From assembly GCA_021827495.1 (NCBI GenBank), contig JAKAVN010000001.1, positions 9,954-73,953 on the forward strand: a stretch of 64,000 nucleotides of DNA, written 5' to 3'. Below are positions 26,634 through 34,666 of this stretch, piece by piece. Source of the stretch: Deltaproteobacteria bacterium. GTDB lineage: Bacteria; Desulfobacterota; Binatia; Binatales; Binataceae. How positions within the stretch are numbered: the stretch's first letter is position 1; every line of letters starts with the position of its first letter. Under the pieces are notes generated by a model. The model had not been told where the DNA came from and ran no database searches. It saw only the letters and a program-made list of their open reading frames with translations. The translations under genes were made by a program, and so were the position numbers.

Positions 26634-27965
26634 ATGGCCGAGTTACCCGAGTTACCATTGACCTTCATTCGCGGACCCTACGAGCCCCTGCTGATCGACC
26701 ATGCCGAGGGCGCCTGGCTCTATACCGCCGACGGCAGGAAAATCCTTGACGCGGCCGCCGGCGCGGTGGTGACCAATATCGGCCAGGGCCGCGAGGAAAT
26801 CGCGCAACTGGCCGCCAACGAGATGCGCCGCGCCAACTACGTCGTCCCGATCTGGTCGACGCCGCAGCGCCAGCGGCTGGTCAAGCGGCTCGCGCGATGG
26901 ACCGCACCGGGCCTCACCCGGTTCTTCTTCACCTCGGGCGGTTCGGAGGCGGTCGAAGCGGCGCTCAAGTTCGCGCTGATGTATCACAAGGTCCACGGCC
27001 GCCCGCGGCGCACGAAAATCATCGCGCGCGAGGCCTCCTATCACGGCAACACCATCGCGGCGCTGTCGGCCGGCGGCAGCCTGCGCCGCGCCGACTACGA
27101 ACAGGTGCTGTTGGATTGGCCGAAAATCAAACCGTCGTATTGTTACCGCTGTCCGTGGGGCAAGACTTACCCCGGATGCGATATCGATTGCGCCAATGCG
27201 CTCGAGCAAGAGATCAACCGCCACGGCGAGGATTCGATCGCACTGTTTATCGCCGAGCCGATGATGGGCTCGGCAGGCGGCGCGGTACCGCCGGTCAAGG
27301 AGTACTGGCCGCGGCTGGCGGAAATCTGCCAGCGCCACGGCGTGCTGCTGATCGCCGACGAAGTGATGACCGGCTTCGGCCGCACCGGCCGGCGTTTCGC
27401 CGTCGACCATTGGAATGTCATCCCCGACATCCTGATCGGCGGCAAGGGGCTGACCGGCGGCTACCTGCCGATGGGGATGATCGCGGTTAAGGAGCGGCTG
27501 GTCGAGCAGTGCGAAGAGCAGGGCGCCGAGTTCATGTTCTACACCTACAGCGCGCATCCGACCGCCTGCGCGGTGGCCGACCGCGTGCTCGAGATCATGG
27601 AGCGCGAGCATCTGGTCGAGCGCGCGGCCGAGATGGGCGCGCGGCTCGGGGCGCAGCTCAAGGAGGAGCTAGCGGGCCATCCGATGGCCGGCGACATCCG
27701 CGGCGCCGGAATGTTCTGGGGCGTCGAGCTGGTGCGCGATCGCGCCTCGCGCGCGCCGTATCCGCCGGCGCTGAAGGTTGCGAGCAGGGTGGTCGCGGCG
27801 GGACTCAAGCGCGATCTGTTCGTCTATCCGGCGAGCGGGATGGCGCGGCCGGGCGGCGATGCGGTGATGGTCACGCCACCGTTCGTGATCGGCAATGACG
27901 AGATCGAATACCTCGTGAGCCGGCTGCGCGCCACGCTCGACGACGTCCATCCGAATCTGCAGTAG
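26634..27965 (+). CDS. Class-III PLP-dependent aminotransferase
   Basis: FFTSGGSEAVEAALK, DEVMTGFGRTG and the pyridoxal lysine in GGKGLTGG. ATG at 26634 has a better RBS spacing than GTG at 26628. Confidence 0.8.
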   Translation: MAELPELPLTFIRGPYEPLLIDHAEGAWLYTADGRKILDAAAGAVVTNIGQGREEIAQLAANEMRRANYVVPIWSTPQRQRLVKRLARWTAPGLTRFFFTSGGSEAVEAALKFALMYHKVHGRPRRTKIIAREASYHGNTIAALSAGGSLRRADYEQVLLDWPKIKPSYCYRCPWGKTYPGCDIDCANALEQEINRHGEDSIALFIAEPMMGSAGGAVPPVKEYWPRLAEICQRHGVLLIADEVMTGFGRTGRRFAVDHWNVIPDILIGGKGLTGGYLPMGMIAVKERLVEQCEEQGAEFMFYTYSAHPTACAVADRVLEIMEREHLVERAAEMGARLGAQLKEELAGHPMAGDIRGAGMFWGVELVRDRASRAPYPPALKVASRVVAAGLKRDLFVYPASGMARPGGDAVMVTPPFVIGNDEIEYLVSRLRATLDDVHPNLQ

Positions 27966-28129
27966 AGCCGGCAGTTGCTTCACGGCTGATTACGAATCTC
28001 GCATTTGCTTGCGGCCAGCCTCTTGCGGCTGTGCCTGCTTTCCATTGGATTATAGGGCGGGTTCCGGGCGCGCCGCTTGTACGGACGGACGCGCAGCGGT
28101 CAGGGCCGTGGACGGCCCAAGGAGACGTT

Positions 28130-28999
28130 ATGGCGGATATCATCGGTCCCACGTCAAATTATTTTTATTCTCAGCGGCTGAAGCTCCATTACGTCGACTG
28201 GGGCAACGCGGACAAACCGATGGCGATCATGCTCCATGGCGGCCGCGACCATTGCCGCAACTGGGACTGGGTCGCGTTCGAGTTGCGCCAACACTTCCAC
28301 CTGGTCGCGCCCGATCTGCGCGGGCACGGCGACTCCGACTGGGCGATCGGCGGCAGCTACGCGATGATCGACCATGTGGTCGACTTGAACCAGCTCATGA
28401 ACGCGATCGCGGCCGGGCCGGTCACGCTCATCGGCCACTCGCTGGGCGCGGGCGTTGCGCTGCAGGCGGCCGGGGTCTTTCCCGGCGCGGTCAAGGCGCT
28501 GGTCGCGATTGAAGGATTGGGGCCGCCCTCCGCGATGCTGCGCGAGACGCCGGCCTACGAGCGGATGGAGAACTGGGTGGGCGACATGCGCGCGCTCGCC
28601 CAGCGCAAGCCGCGCGAGTACCCGAACCTCGAGGAGGCGCTGGAGCGGATGCGCGCCGCCAACTTGCATCTCAGCCCCGCGCAGGCGCGCCATCTGACCG
28701 TCCACGGCGTGCGGCGCAACGAAAACGGCACCTACTCGTGGAAGTTCGACAACTACACGCGCGCCCATTCGCCCTATCTGTTCAACCTCAAGGACGCGAC
28801 CGAAATCTGGAGCCGCATTCGCTGCCCCACGCTGCTGGTGCGCGGCGACGAGTCGTGGGCTGGCGACTGGGAGCGCGACGGACGTCTGGACTCCTTCCAC
28901 ACCGCCGAGCTGGTGACGATTCGCAACGCCGGCCACTGGGTCCATCACGACCAGCTCGCGGAGTTTCTCGCCGTCGTGCGCCGCTTTCTGGGTGTGTAG
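28130..28999 (+). CDS. Alpha/beta-fold hydrolase
   Basis: HGG...GHGDS motif and the nucleophile elbow GHSLGAG. AAGGAG RBS before the ATG at 28130. Confidence 0.75.
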   Translation: MADIIGPTSNYFYSQRLKLHYVDWGNADKPMAIMLHGGRDHCRNWDWVAFELRQHFHLVAPDLRGHGDSDWAIGGSYAMIDHVVDLNQLMNAIAAGPVTLIGHSLGAGVALQAAGVFPGAVKALVAIEGLGPPSAMLRETPAYERMENWVGDMRALAQRKPREYPNLEEALERMRAANLHLSPAQARHLTVHGVRRNENGTYSWKFDNYTRAHSPYLFNLKDATEIWSRIRCPTLLVRGDESWAGDWERDGRLDSFHTAELVTIRNAGHWVHHDQLAEFLAVVRRFLGV

Positions 29000-29065
29000 C
29001 GCGGTTCGGCGGGCATTGGGATTGCGCGGGGCGGTTGCGGGGACGACGAGCAGGGAAGCTGGCTG

Positions 29066-31072
29066 ATGCGAACGATGCGGCCACTGGCGCTGCGCACTGA
29101 CGAGTTCAACTACGCGCTGCAAATCCTGCTCGCGGCAATGGTCGGCGTACTGGCCGCGCTCGGCAATCTGGGCTTCAGCGCGTTCATCAAATTCTTCACC
29201 TGGGTCTTTCTCAAGCTTGAATGGGGCGCGCTTGGAATCGCGCACGGCGGCCTCCGGCTTGGCCTGGTGCCGGTGGTCCTGCTGACCGGCGGCGCCGGCA
29301 TGATCCTGCTCGACTGGCTATTTCCGGGCGACGTGCTCGGCTACGGCTTCCCGAATTTTCTCGAGATGGTGAATCTCGGCAGCGCGCGCATCAAGCGCCG
29401 CTGGATCGTGCTCAAGGCGCTGGGCGCGGCGCTGTCGCTCGGCTGCGGCGCCTCGGTCGGACGCGAGGGCCCGATCGCGCAAATCGGCGGCGCGATTGGC
29501 TCGGCGGTCGCGCAACTGCGCCGCCTGCCGGCCGACCGCGCCAAGGTCCTGGTTGCGGCCGGCGCGGGCGCCGGCATCGCCACCACCTTCAACGCCCCGG
29601 TCGGCGGCGTGCTGTTCGCGCAGGAGATCGTCCTGCTCGGCGAGACCGAGCTCACCAACCTGACGCTGCTGCTGGTCTCGACCGTGAGCGCGGTGGTCTT
29701 TTCGCGCGCGATTACCGGCAACGCCGCCGTCTTCCAGGCCCCGTTTTTCGTGCTGCGCAGTTACTGGGAGCTTTTGTCTTACGCCTTGATGGGCGCGTTG
29801 ATGGGCGCGCTGAGCGCCGCGTACATACATTTCTTTCATGCTACCGCGAAGGCCTTCCGCGCGCTGAAGGCGCCACAGTGGGCGCGGCTCGCGCTGGGCC
29901 TGCTGGTGGTCGGCCTGGTCGCGATCCCGCTGCCGCGGAACCTGTCCGACGGCTACCCGGTGATCAATCTCGCGATGGAAGGGCGTTTCGCGCTCGGGAC
30001 GACGCTTGCGCTGACCGCAGCCAAGTTCTTCACCTCCAGCGTGTCGCTCGGATGCGGCGCGCCGGGCGGGGTGTTCGGCCCGACCTTCTTCATCGGGACC
30101 ATGGCGGGGGCGACCTTCCAGCGCACGATGGCTTCGGTGGTGCCGCGGATCACCGGCCCGCGCGGATCGTACGCGCTGGTTGGATTGGGCACGTTCCTCG
30201 GCGGCGTGACGCACGCGCCGCTGACTGCAATTTTTCTGCTGCTCGACATGACCCAGAACTACCAGGTCGCGCTGCCCGCGATGATCGCGGTGGTGGTGGC
30301 GCTGGTGGTGGCGCGCGCGCTCGAGCACGAGTCGATCGACACCTATCGCCTCGCGCGCGAGGGCAAGACGCTCGAAATTGGCAGGGAGCGCCTGGTGCTG
30401 ACGCAGATTCCGGTCGAGAGCGTGATGACGCACGAGCCCGCGGCCGTGCGCTCCAGCGCCACGCTCGCACAGGTTCTGCAAGCGGCCGGTGATACCGCGC
30501 AAACCACGCTCCCGGTGGTCGATGACCACGGCGGCCTGGTCGGCCTTATCGTGACGCACGACCTAGTCGCGATGCTGAGCAGCCAGGCTGACGTGGCGGG
30601 CTTGGTCAACGCCTACGACCTCTGCCGGCGCAACTGCCCGATGGTGAGCAGCGGCTCCAGCCTCGACGAAGCCGTGCAGTTGATGGGGTCCGAGGACCTC
30701 GAGGAATTGCCGGTGGTGGAGAAACATCGCCTGGTCGGCATCGTCGCGCGCAAGGAGATCGCGCAGGTGCTGAACCGGATGACGGTGTCGCTCTCGACGC
30801 TCGCCAATACCGGCACCAGCATTTTCTGGGCGACCGGCTACCGCCTGATGCGCATCACCGTGCCCGAGACGGCGCGCGGCAAGACCATGATCGAGCTTGC
30901 GCCGCGCGCGCGTTTCGGCGTGAGCGTGCTCGCAGTGCAAAATGCAGCCGAGGAAGCTAACGGCTTCGTCCCAATCACGCCCGACCGCAAGCTCAATCAG
31001 GGCGATACGATCATGGCCGCGGGCCGCCCGCCCGATCTCCGCCGCTTCGTGCGCGAATTGGAAGGGTCGTAA
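29066..31072 (+). CDS. ClC-family voltage-gated chloride channel with C-terminal CBS pair and TrkA-C-like domain
   Basis: GREGP selectivity motif (GREGPIAQIGG), GxFxP motif (GVFGPTFF), many TMs and a cytosolic CBS/TrkA-C tail. Confidence 0.8.
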   Translation: MRTMRPLALRTDEFNYALQILLAAMVGVLAALGNLGFSAFIKFFTWVFLKLEWGALGIAHGGLRLGLVPVVLLTGGAGMILLDWLFPGDVLGYGFPNFLEMVNLGSARIKRRWIVLKALGAALSLGCGASVGREGPIAQIGGAIGSAVAQLRRLPADRAKVLVAAGAGAGIATTFNAPVGGVLFAQEIVLLGETELTNLTLLLVSTVSAVVFSRAITGNAAVFQAPFFVLRSYWELLSYALMGALMGALSAAYIHFFHATAKAFRALKAPQWARLALGLLVVGLVAIPLPRNLSDGYPVINLAMEGRFALGTTLALTAAKFFTSSVSLGCGAPGGVFGPTFFIGTMAGATFQRTMASVVPRITGPRGSYALVGLGTFLGGVTHAPLTAIFLLLDMTQNYQVALPAMIAVVVALVVARALEHESIDTYRLAREGKTLEIGRERLVLTQIPVESVMTHEPAAVRSSATLAQVLQAAGDTAQTTLPVVDDHGGLVGLIVTHDLVAMLSSQADVAGLVNAYDLCRRNCPMVSSGSSLDEAVQLMGSEDLEELPVVEKHRLVGIVARKEIAQVLNRMTVSLSTLANTGTSIFWATGYRLMRITVPETARGKTMIELAPRARFGVSVLAVQNAAEEANGFVPITPDRKLNQGDTIMAAGRPPDLRRFVRELEGS

Positions 31073-31074
31073 GC

Positions 31075-31371
31075 CTAGGAACTGGCCGCGCCACCTCTGC
31101 TTTGCTTCTCGATCTCCTTCATCTCATTGACCTTGTCGAGAATGTGGAAAGACTGCACCGCTGATGCCAGCTCCGCCTCCGAGAGCTTGTCCAATATTGA
31201 GGATATCTGGCGCTGCTCCGGCGCGAGCGTGAGTTGGAGCGTCAGGTCCTTGAGAACGGTAGACAGATGGTAGGCCACGGCAGGCTGAGAAACTCCCGAT
31301 ACTGCGGAGGAGACGCTGCTTATCAGGTCCAGCAGCTTTCGCTTCACGGCTTCTTCCTGTTCGGTACTCAT
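31075..31371 (-). CDS. Small HTH (ArsR-like winged-helix) putative transcriptional regulator
   Basis: GVSQPAVAYHLSTVLKD resembles the ArsR/SmtB recognition helix (G-SQ-AVSHHL-VL). Local GC is ~55% against ~67% for the window. Confidence 0.4.
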   Translation of the reverse strand: MSTEQEEAVKRKLLDLISSVSSAVSGVSQPAVAYHLSTVLKDLTLQLTLAPEQRQISSILDKLSEAELASAVQSFHILDKVNEMKEIEKQSRGGAASS

Positions 31372-31376
31372 TGCTT

Positions 31377-31760
31377 TTAATCCTTCACGCTGGTCAGGTT
31401 GCGGATCGCTTCGTCGGTCTGCGTCTTGGTCGACTCTCCGTAGCGGCGACCAACCTCCTGCGTTAGTAGTCTCGCCCCTCCAATTCCTGATAGTAGCGCG
31501 CCTGCTAGAGTGCGCAAATCGAGCTTTGCAACTCCCGCCAGGTCAACGGCTCCGAGCGGGCCGTAAAATATCGCCATGATAACTGCGGTGACTCCGCCGA
31601 CCAGGGCATTTCCAGGGAAACCTGGCCGCCAAATGCGCTGACCATTCACCAAGCGATCCATCTGAGGCATCAAGAAACCGCCGTCGGAAAGATAGGCATT
31701 GAGAAGCCCGCCGACGAGACCCATGACGAAGAGCAAAAGAATGACCTGATAGGACCGCAT
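31377..31760 (-). CDS. Hypothetical small membrane protein
   Basis: MRSYQVILLLFVMGLVGGLLNAYL plus a second TM (GGVTAVIMAIFYGPLG). Low-GC segment; start chosen at the internal Met. Confidence 0.4.
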   Translation of the reverse strand: MRSYQVILLLFVMGLVGGLLNAYLSDGGFLMPQMDRLVNGQRIWRPGFPGNALVGGVTAVIMAIFYGPLGAVDLAGVAKLDLRTLAGALLSGIGGARLLTQEVGRRYGESTKTQTDEAIRNLTSVKD

Positions 31761-31812
31761 TTTGTCTCCCCCACAGTTTGCGCCCAGCCACTTTAAGCCC
31801 AGGCGAGGCCGT

Positions 31813-32487
31813 TTAGCTATTGGCGGATGGGGCGGGCGCGGCGTCGAAGCGCAAGGGGCGGACGCGGCCAGCGCGCAGTTCGGCGCATAGCCCCTCGATA
31901 TCGCTGACCTGGCGCTCGAGCTCGGTCGCACAGGTCAGAAACCATTTCGGGCTCACGAAATGCGCGTCGCTGCCGCCGACCCCGGCGAGGCCCAGCTTCT
32001 CCATCGCGGTCAGCGCCGCTGCGTTCTCGCGCGGCGAGTTCTGCCCGTTGAGCGCCTCGATCACGCCCAGCGCCGAGCCGTGGCGCGCGAGCAGATCGTC
32101 CAGTTGCGGGCCAAAGCCCGAATCGCGGAAAGGATGCGCCGGGATCGCGATTCCGCCCTCGCCGTGGATCACTTCGATCAGCGCCTCGCTCTTGAGCATC
32201 CGCGCACTCAGGTCGAAGCGGCGAAGCACTTCGCGCGTCACGCCGAAGAGCAGCAGATGGCCGAGGTTGGTGTCGGCCTCGATGCCCTTGAACACCATCA
32301 CGCCGAACCGTTCCGCCAGCTCGGCGTAATGCCGGTCGAGCTCCGGATCGGCCGGGAACAGGCGATGCTCGGTGAAGCAGAGCGCGTCGAGGCGGCGCGG
32401 CCCGCGCGCGGCGGCCTCGAGATACTGCTCGGGCGTGATGTTGGAGTCGGAAGAGAGCAGCGTATGGACGTGCAGGTCGATGAGCAT
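31813..32487 (-). CDS. PHP-domain (polymerase/histidinol-phosphatase family) metal-dependent phosphoesterase
   Basis: MLIDLHVHT start with downstream His/Asp metal ligands (FTEH, IPAHPF, GGSDAH). The ORF-track start at 32769 would read through the tandem repeat, so the start is placed at 32487. Confidence 0.7.
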   Translation of the reverse strand: MLIDLHVHTLLSSDSNITPEQYLEAAARGPRRLDALCFTEHRLFPADPELDRHYAELAERFGVMVFKGIEADTNLGHLLLFGVTREVLRRFDLSARMLKSEALIEVIHGEGGIAIPAHPFRDSGFGPQLDDLLARHGSALGVIEALNGQNSPRENAAALTAMEKLGLAGVGGSDAHFVSPKWFLTCATELERQVSDIEGLCAELRAGRVRPLRFDAAPAPSANS

Positions 32488-32540
32488 AACGCAACGATTC
32501 TCACATTTGCCGGCGCGGCTTGGAAAGCCGCTGCGCGATC

Positions 32541-32635
32541 TTCGCGCCGCCCGTTTCGCGCCGCCCGTTTCGCGCCGCCCGTTTCGCGCCGCCCGTTTCG
32601 CGCCGCCCGTTTCGCGCCGCCCGTTTCGCGCCGCC
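32541..32635. repeat. Perfect 14-bp tandem repeat (TTCGCGCCGCCCGT) x 6 plus a partial seventh copy, intergenic
   Basis: Read directly at 32541-32624 as six identical units; the seventh diverges after 11 nt. It lies between the kinase stop (32649) and the PHP start (32487). Confidence 0.9.
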
Positions 32636-32648
32636 GGCGCGGGCGTTA

Positions 32649-34271
32649 CTATGGGCCGGCCGGAGAGTCGCGCACGCGGAGGCTGTTGTTGAAGGAAACC
32701 ACGCCTGCAACGCTCTGCGCGAGCAGCAGCACGGCCGCATTGTCGGCCGCACTTGGCACCGTGCCCCACAGTTGCATCGTGTCGCCCACCATCCGGAAGT
32801 GCACCGAATCGTAGCCGCTCGCGTCGAGCGCGGCGCGAAAAGCCTCCAGCCGTGCGGCGAGGAACTGCGAAGGTCCGGGCGGGGAGCCAGGCGCGGGGGC
32901 CTCGGGCGCCACGTCAGGCGCCGGCACGTCAGACGCCGGCGCGCTGGCGCGGCTCGCGTCGGGCGGGTTGCCGCCGGTGACGTTCAGGCACGCCTTCACG
33001 GCCGCGAAGGCGAGTACGAAGATGAGCATCAGCACCAGGATGGGGCGACGCGCGCCATGCGTGCGATGGTAGAGCCGTGCGCGGCGCGGCGGCACGTGCG
33101 GCCGCGTCTGGGTCGATGGCGGCACCGAGAGCACCACGGTCTCGGCTTCGTGATCGGCCGCAACATCAGCGTTGCCGGGCGCGAGGCTCACCTCCGCGCC
33201 GCAAAAGGAACAGAAGCGCGAGTCGGAGGGAATCGGGCGTTCGCATTTCGGGCAGTCGATGTCCGCTGCCGCACTGAGCAGGGTTGGCGCGGACGGCGAC
33301 GCGGGTTGCGGCGCGCGAGCGCTCCCCAGCGGCAAGCGAAGCTGCGAGCGCGCGGGGCTGGACGCCGCGTGTGGTAGCGCCGTTGATTGCGATGCTCCGG
33401 CCGCTAACGGATATGCCCCGCTGTCTGTGTGGTTGGCCGACGGTGGCGCCGCCGCGGCCGCCGGAGCGGCGCTGTCGCGAATCTCCTCCAGCCGGCGCTT
33501 GAACTCCGCCGCGCTCGGCACCCGGCGCTCGACGTCGTAGGCGAGCGCGCCGTCGACCAGCGCCGCCAGCGCGGGCGCGGCGCCGGGGCATAGCGTGGCG
33601 AGCGGCGGAAAGCTGAACGGCGCTTCGTTGGCCGGGTCGCGCCCGCTTAGCGCGTGATGCATCGTCGCACCGAGCGCGTAGAGGTCCGAGCGCAGTTCGA
33701 CCTTCCCGCGGTACTGCTCGGGCGGCGCGTAGCCCTGAGTGCCGATCATGGTCGCGTTCTGCTCCGGCTGGAAATGGCGCGCGATGCCGAAGTCGATGAG
33801 CTTGGCCTGCCCGTTGGCGATCAGCATCACGTTGGATGGCTTGAGGTCGCGGTAGATGACCGGCGGCTGAAGACCATGCAGGTAGGCGAGGGTGTCGAGG
33901 ATTTGCAGCGCGATGTCGATGACGCGCGTCTCGGCGAGCCGTCCGCCCGCGCGCTTCATCTCCTCCTCGAGCGTCGCGCCGTCGATGTATTCCATCACCA
34001 GGTAGTGATGGTTTTGTTCGCTGAAGCGGTCGAACACGCGGGGGATGTGCTCGTTGCTCAGCCGCGCCAGCATGTCAGCCTCGCGCTGGAAGGCGTCGAC
34101 CGCCTGGCGCTGCGCGTCGGGGTTGGTGAAGTTGTCGATCACCTCGGCCAGCGCGCAGCGGCGCGCCGCCAGGCGCAGGTCTTCGGCCAGGTAGACCAGC
34201 TTCATCCCGCCGCCGCCGAGCGGCTTTACGACACGGTAGCGGCCGCCGACTATGGTGTTTGGCGCAATCAT
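32649..34271 (-). CDS. Ser/Thr protein kinase with zinc-ribbon, transmembrane segment and C-terminal BON domain
   Basis: Hanks kinase motifs: GGGGMKLVY, VIYRDLKPSN, DFG, APE. A CPKCERPIPSDSRFCSFCG zinc ribbon and a TM (ILVLMLIFVLAFAAV) follow. C-terminus is BON-like (VHFRMVGDTMQLWGTV...AGVVSFNNSLRV). Confidence 0.8.
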   Translation of the reverse strand: MIAPNTIVGGRYRVVKPLGGGGMKLVYLAEDLRLAARRCALAEVIDNFTNPDAQRQAVDAFQREADMLARLSNEHIPRVFDRFSEQNHHYLVMEYIDGATLEEEMKRAGGRLAETRVIDIALQILDTLAYLHGLQPPVIYRDLKPSNVMLIANGQAKLIDFGIARHFQPEQNATMIGTQGYAPPEQYRGKVELRSDLYALGATMHHALSGRDPANEAPFSFPPLATLCPGAAPALAALVDGALAYDVERRVPSAAEFKRRLEEIRDSAAPAAAAAPPSANHTDSGAYPLAAGASQSTALPHAASSPARSQLRLPLGSARAPQPASPSAPTLLSAAADIDCPKCERPIPSDSRFCSFCGAEVSLAPGNADVAADHEAETVVLSVPPSTQTRPHVPPRRARLYHRTHGARRPILVLMLIFVLAFAAVKACLNVTGGNPPDASRASAPASDVPAPDVAPEAPAPGSPPGPSQFLAARLEAFRAALDASGYDSVHFRMVGDTMQLWGTVPSAADNAAVLLLAQSVAGVVSFNNSLRVRDSPAGP

Positions 34272-34288
34272 CGCGGAGGTCGCGGTAA

Positions 34289-34666
34289 TTACTGCGGCCG
34301 CGGCCCTGCCGTCAACGCCTGGGAGGCGCGCATCCCGCGCCGCTCGGCGTCTAGGGTAGCGGCGCGCGCCGCCGACACCGCGCAGACCAAATGAATCAGC
34401 ACGCCCAGCGAGGACGAAGTGCCATAGGCGAACAGCACTGCGAAAAACCAGCCGATCGCGCGCCCGGTGCGTCCGGCGTAGAAATGGCCCAGCCCCGGCA
34501 TCACGCTCAGCGCGAAGGCGACCACTGCGGGCGCATTCAGCTCGGCGAGCCATCCCGAACCGCCCAGCCGGGCGCCGCACTCCTTGCAAAAAACGGCCTC
34601 GGCGACCATCACCGGCTGGCCGCATTGCGAACAGAAGCGCGCGCGTGTCGCGCCGGTGTCAGCCAT
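34289..34666 (-). CDS. Small zinc-ribbon membrane protein
   Basis: CSQCGQ...CKECG zinc ribbon followed by two TMs. It overlaps the upstream FHA gene by 8 nt. Confidence 0.5.
   Translation of the reverse strand: MADTGATRARFCSQCGQPVMVAEAVFCKECGARLGGSGWLAELNAPAVVAFALSVMPGLGHFYAGRTGRAIGWFFAVLFAYGTSSSLGVLIHLVCAVSAARAATLDAERRGMRASQALTAGPRPQ

Noticed and set aside
25288-30559. Series of long minus-strand ORFs (25288-26658, 26652-27611, 28154-29245, 29318-30559) opposite the CoA-transferase, aminotransferase, hydrolase and ClC genes
   Set aside because: All are antisense shadows with Arg/Ala/Gly-rich translations. The plus-strand genes carry family motifs.
32541-32635. Tandem repeat considered as a CRISPR array
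   Set aside because: The units are contiguous with no spacers. The unit length is 14 bp and there are no cas genes. It is a microsatellite/VNTR, not CRISPR.
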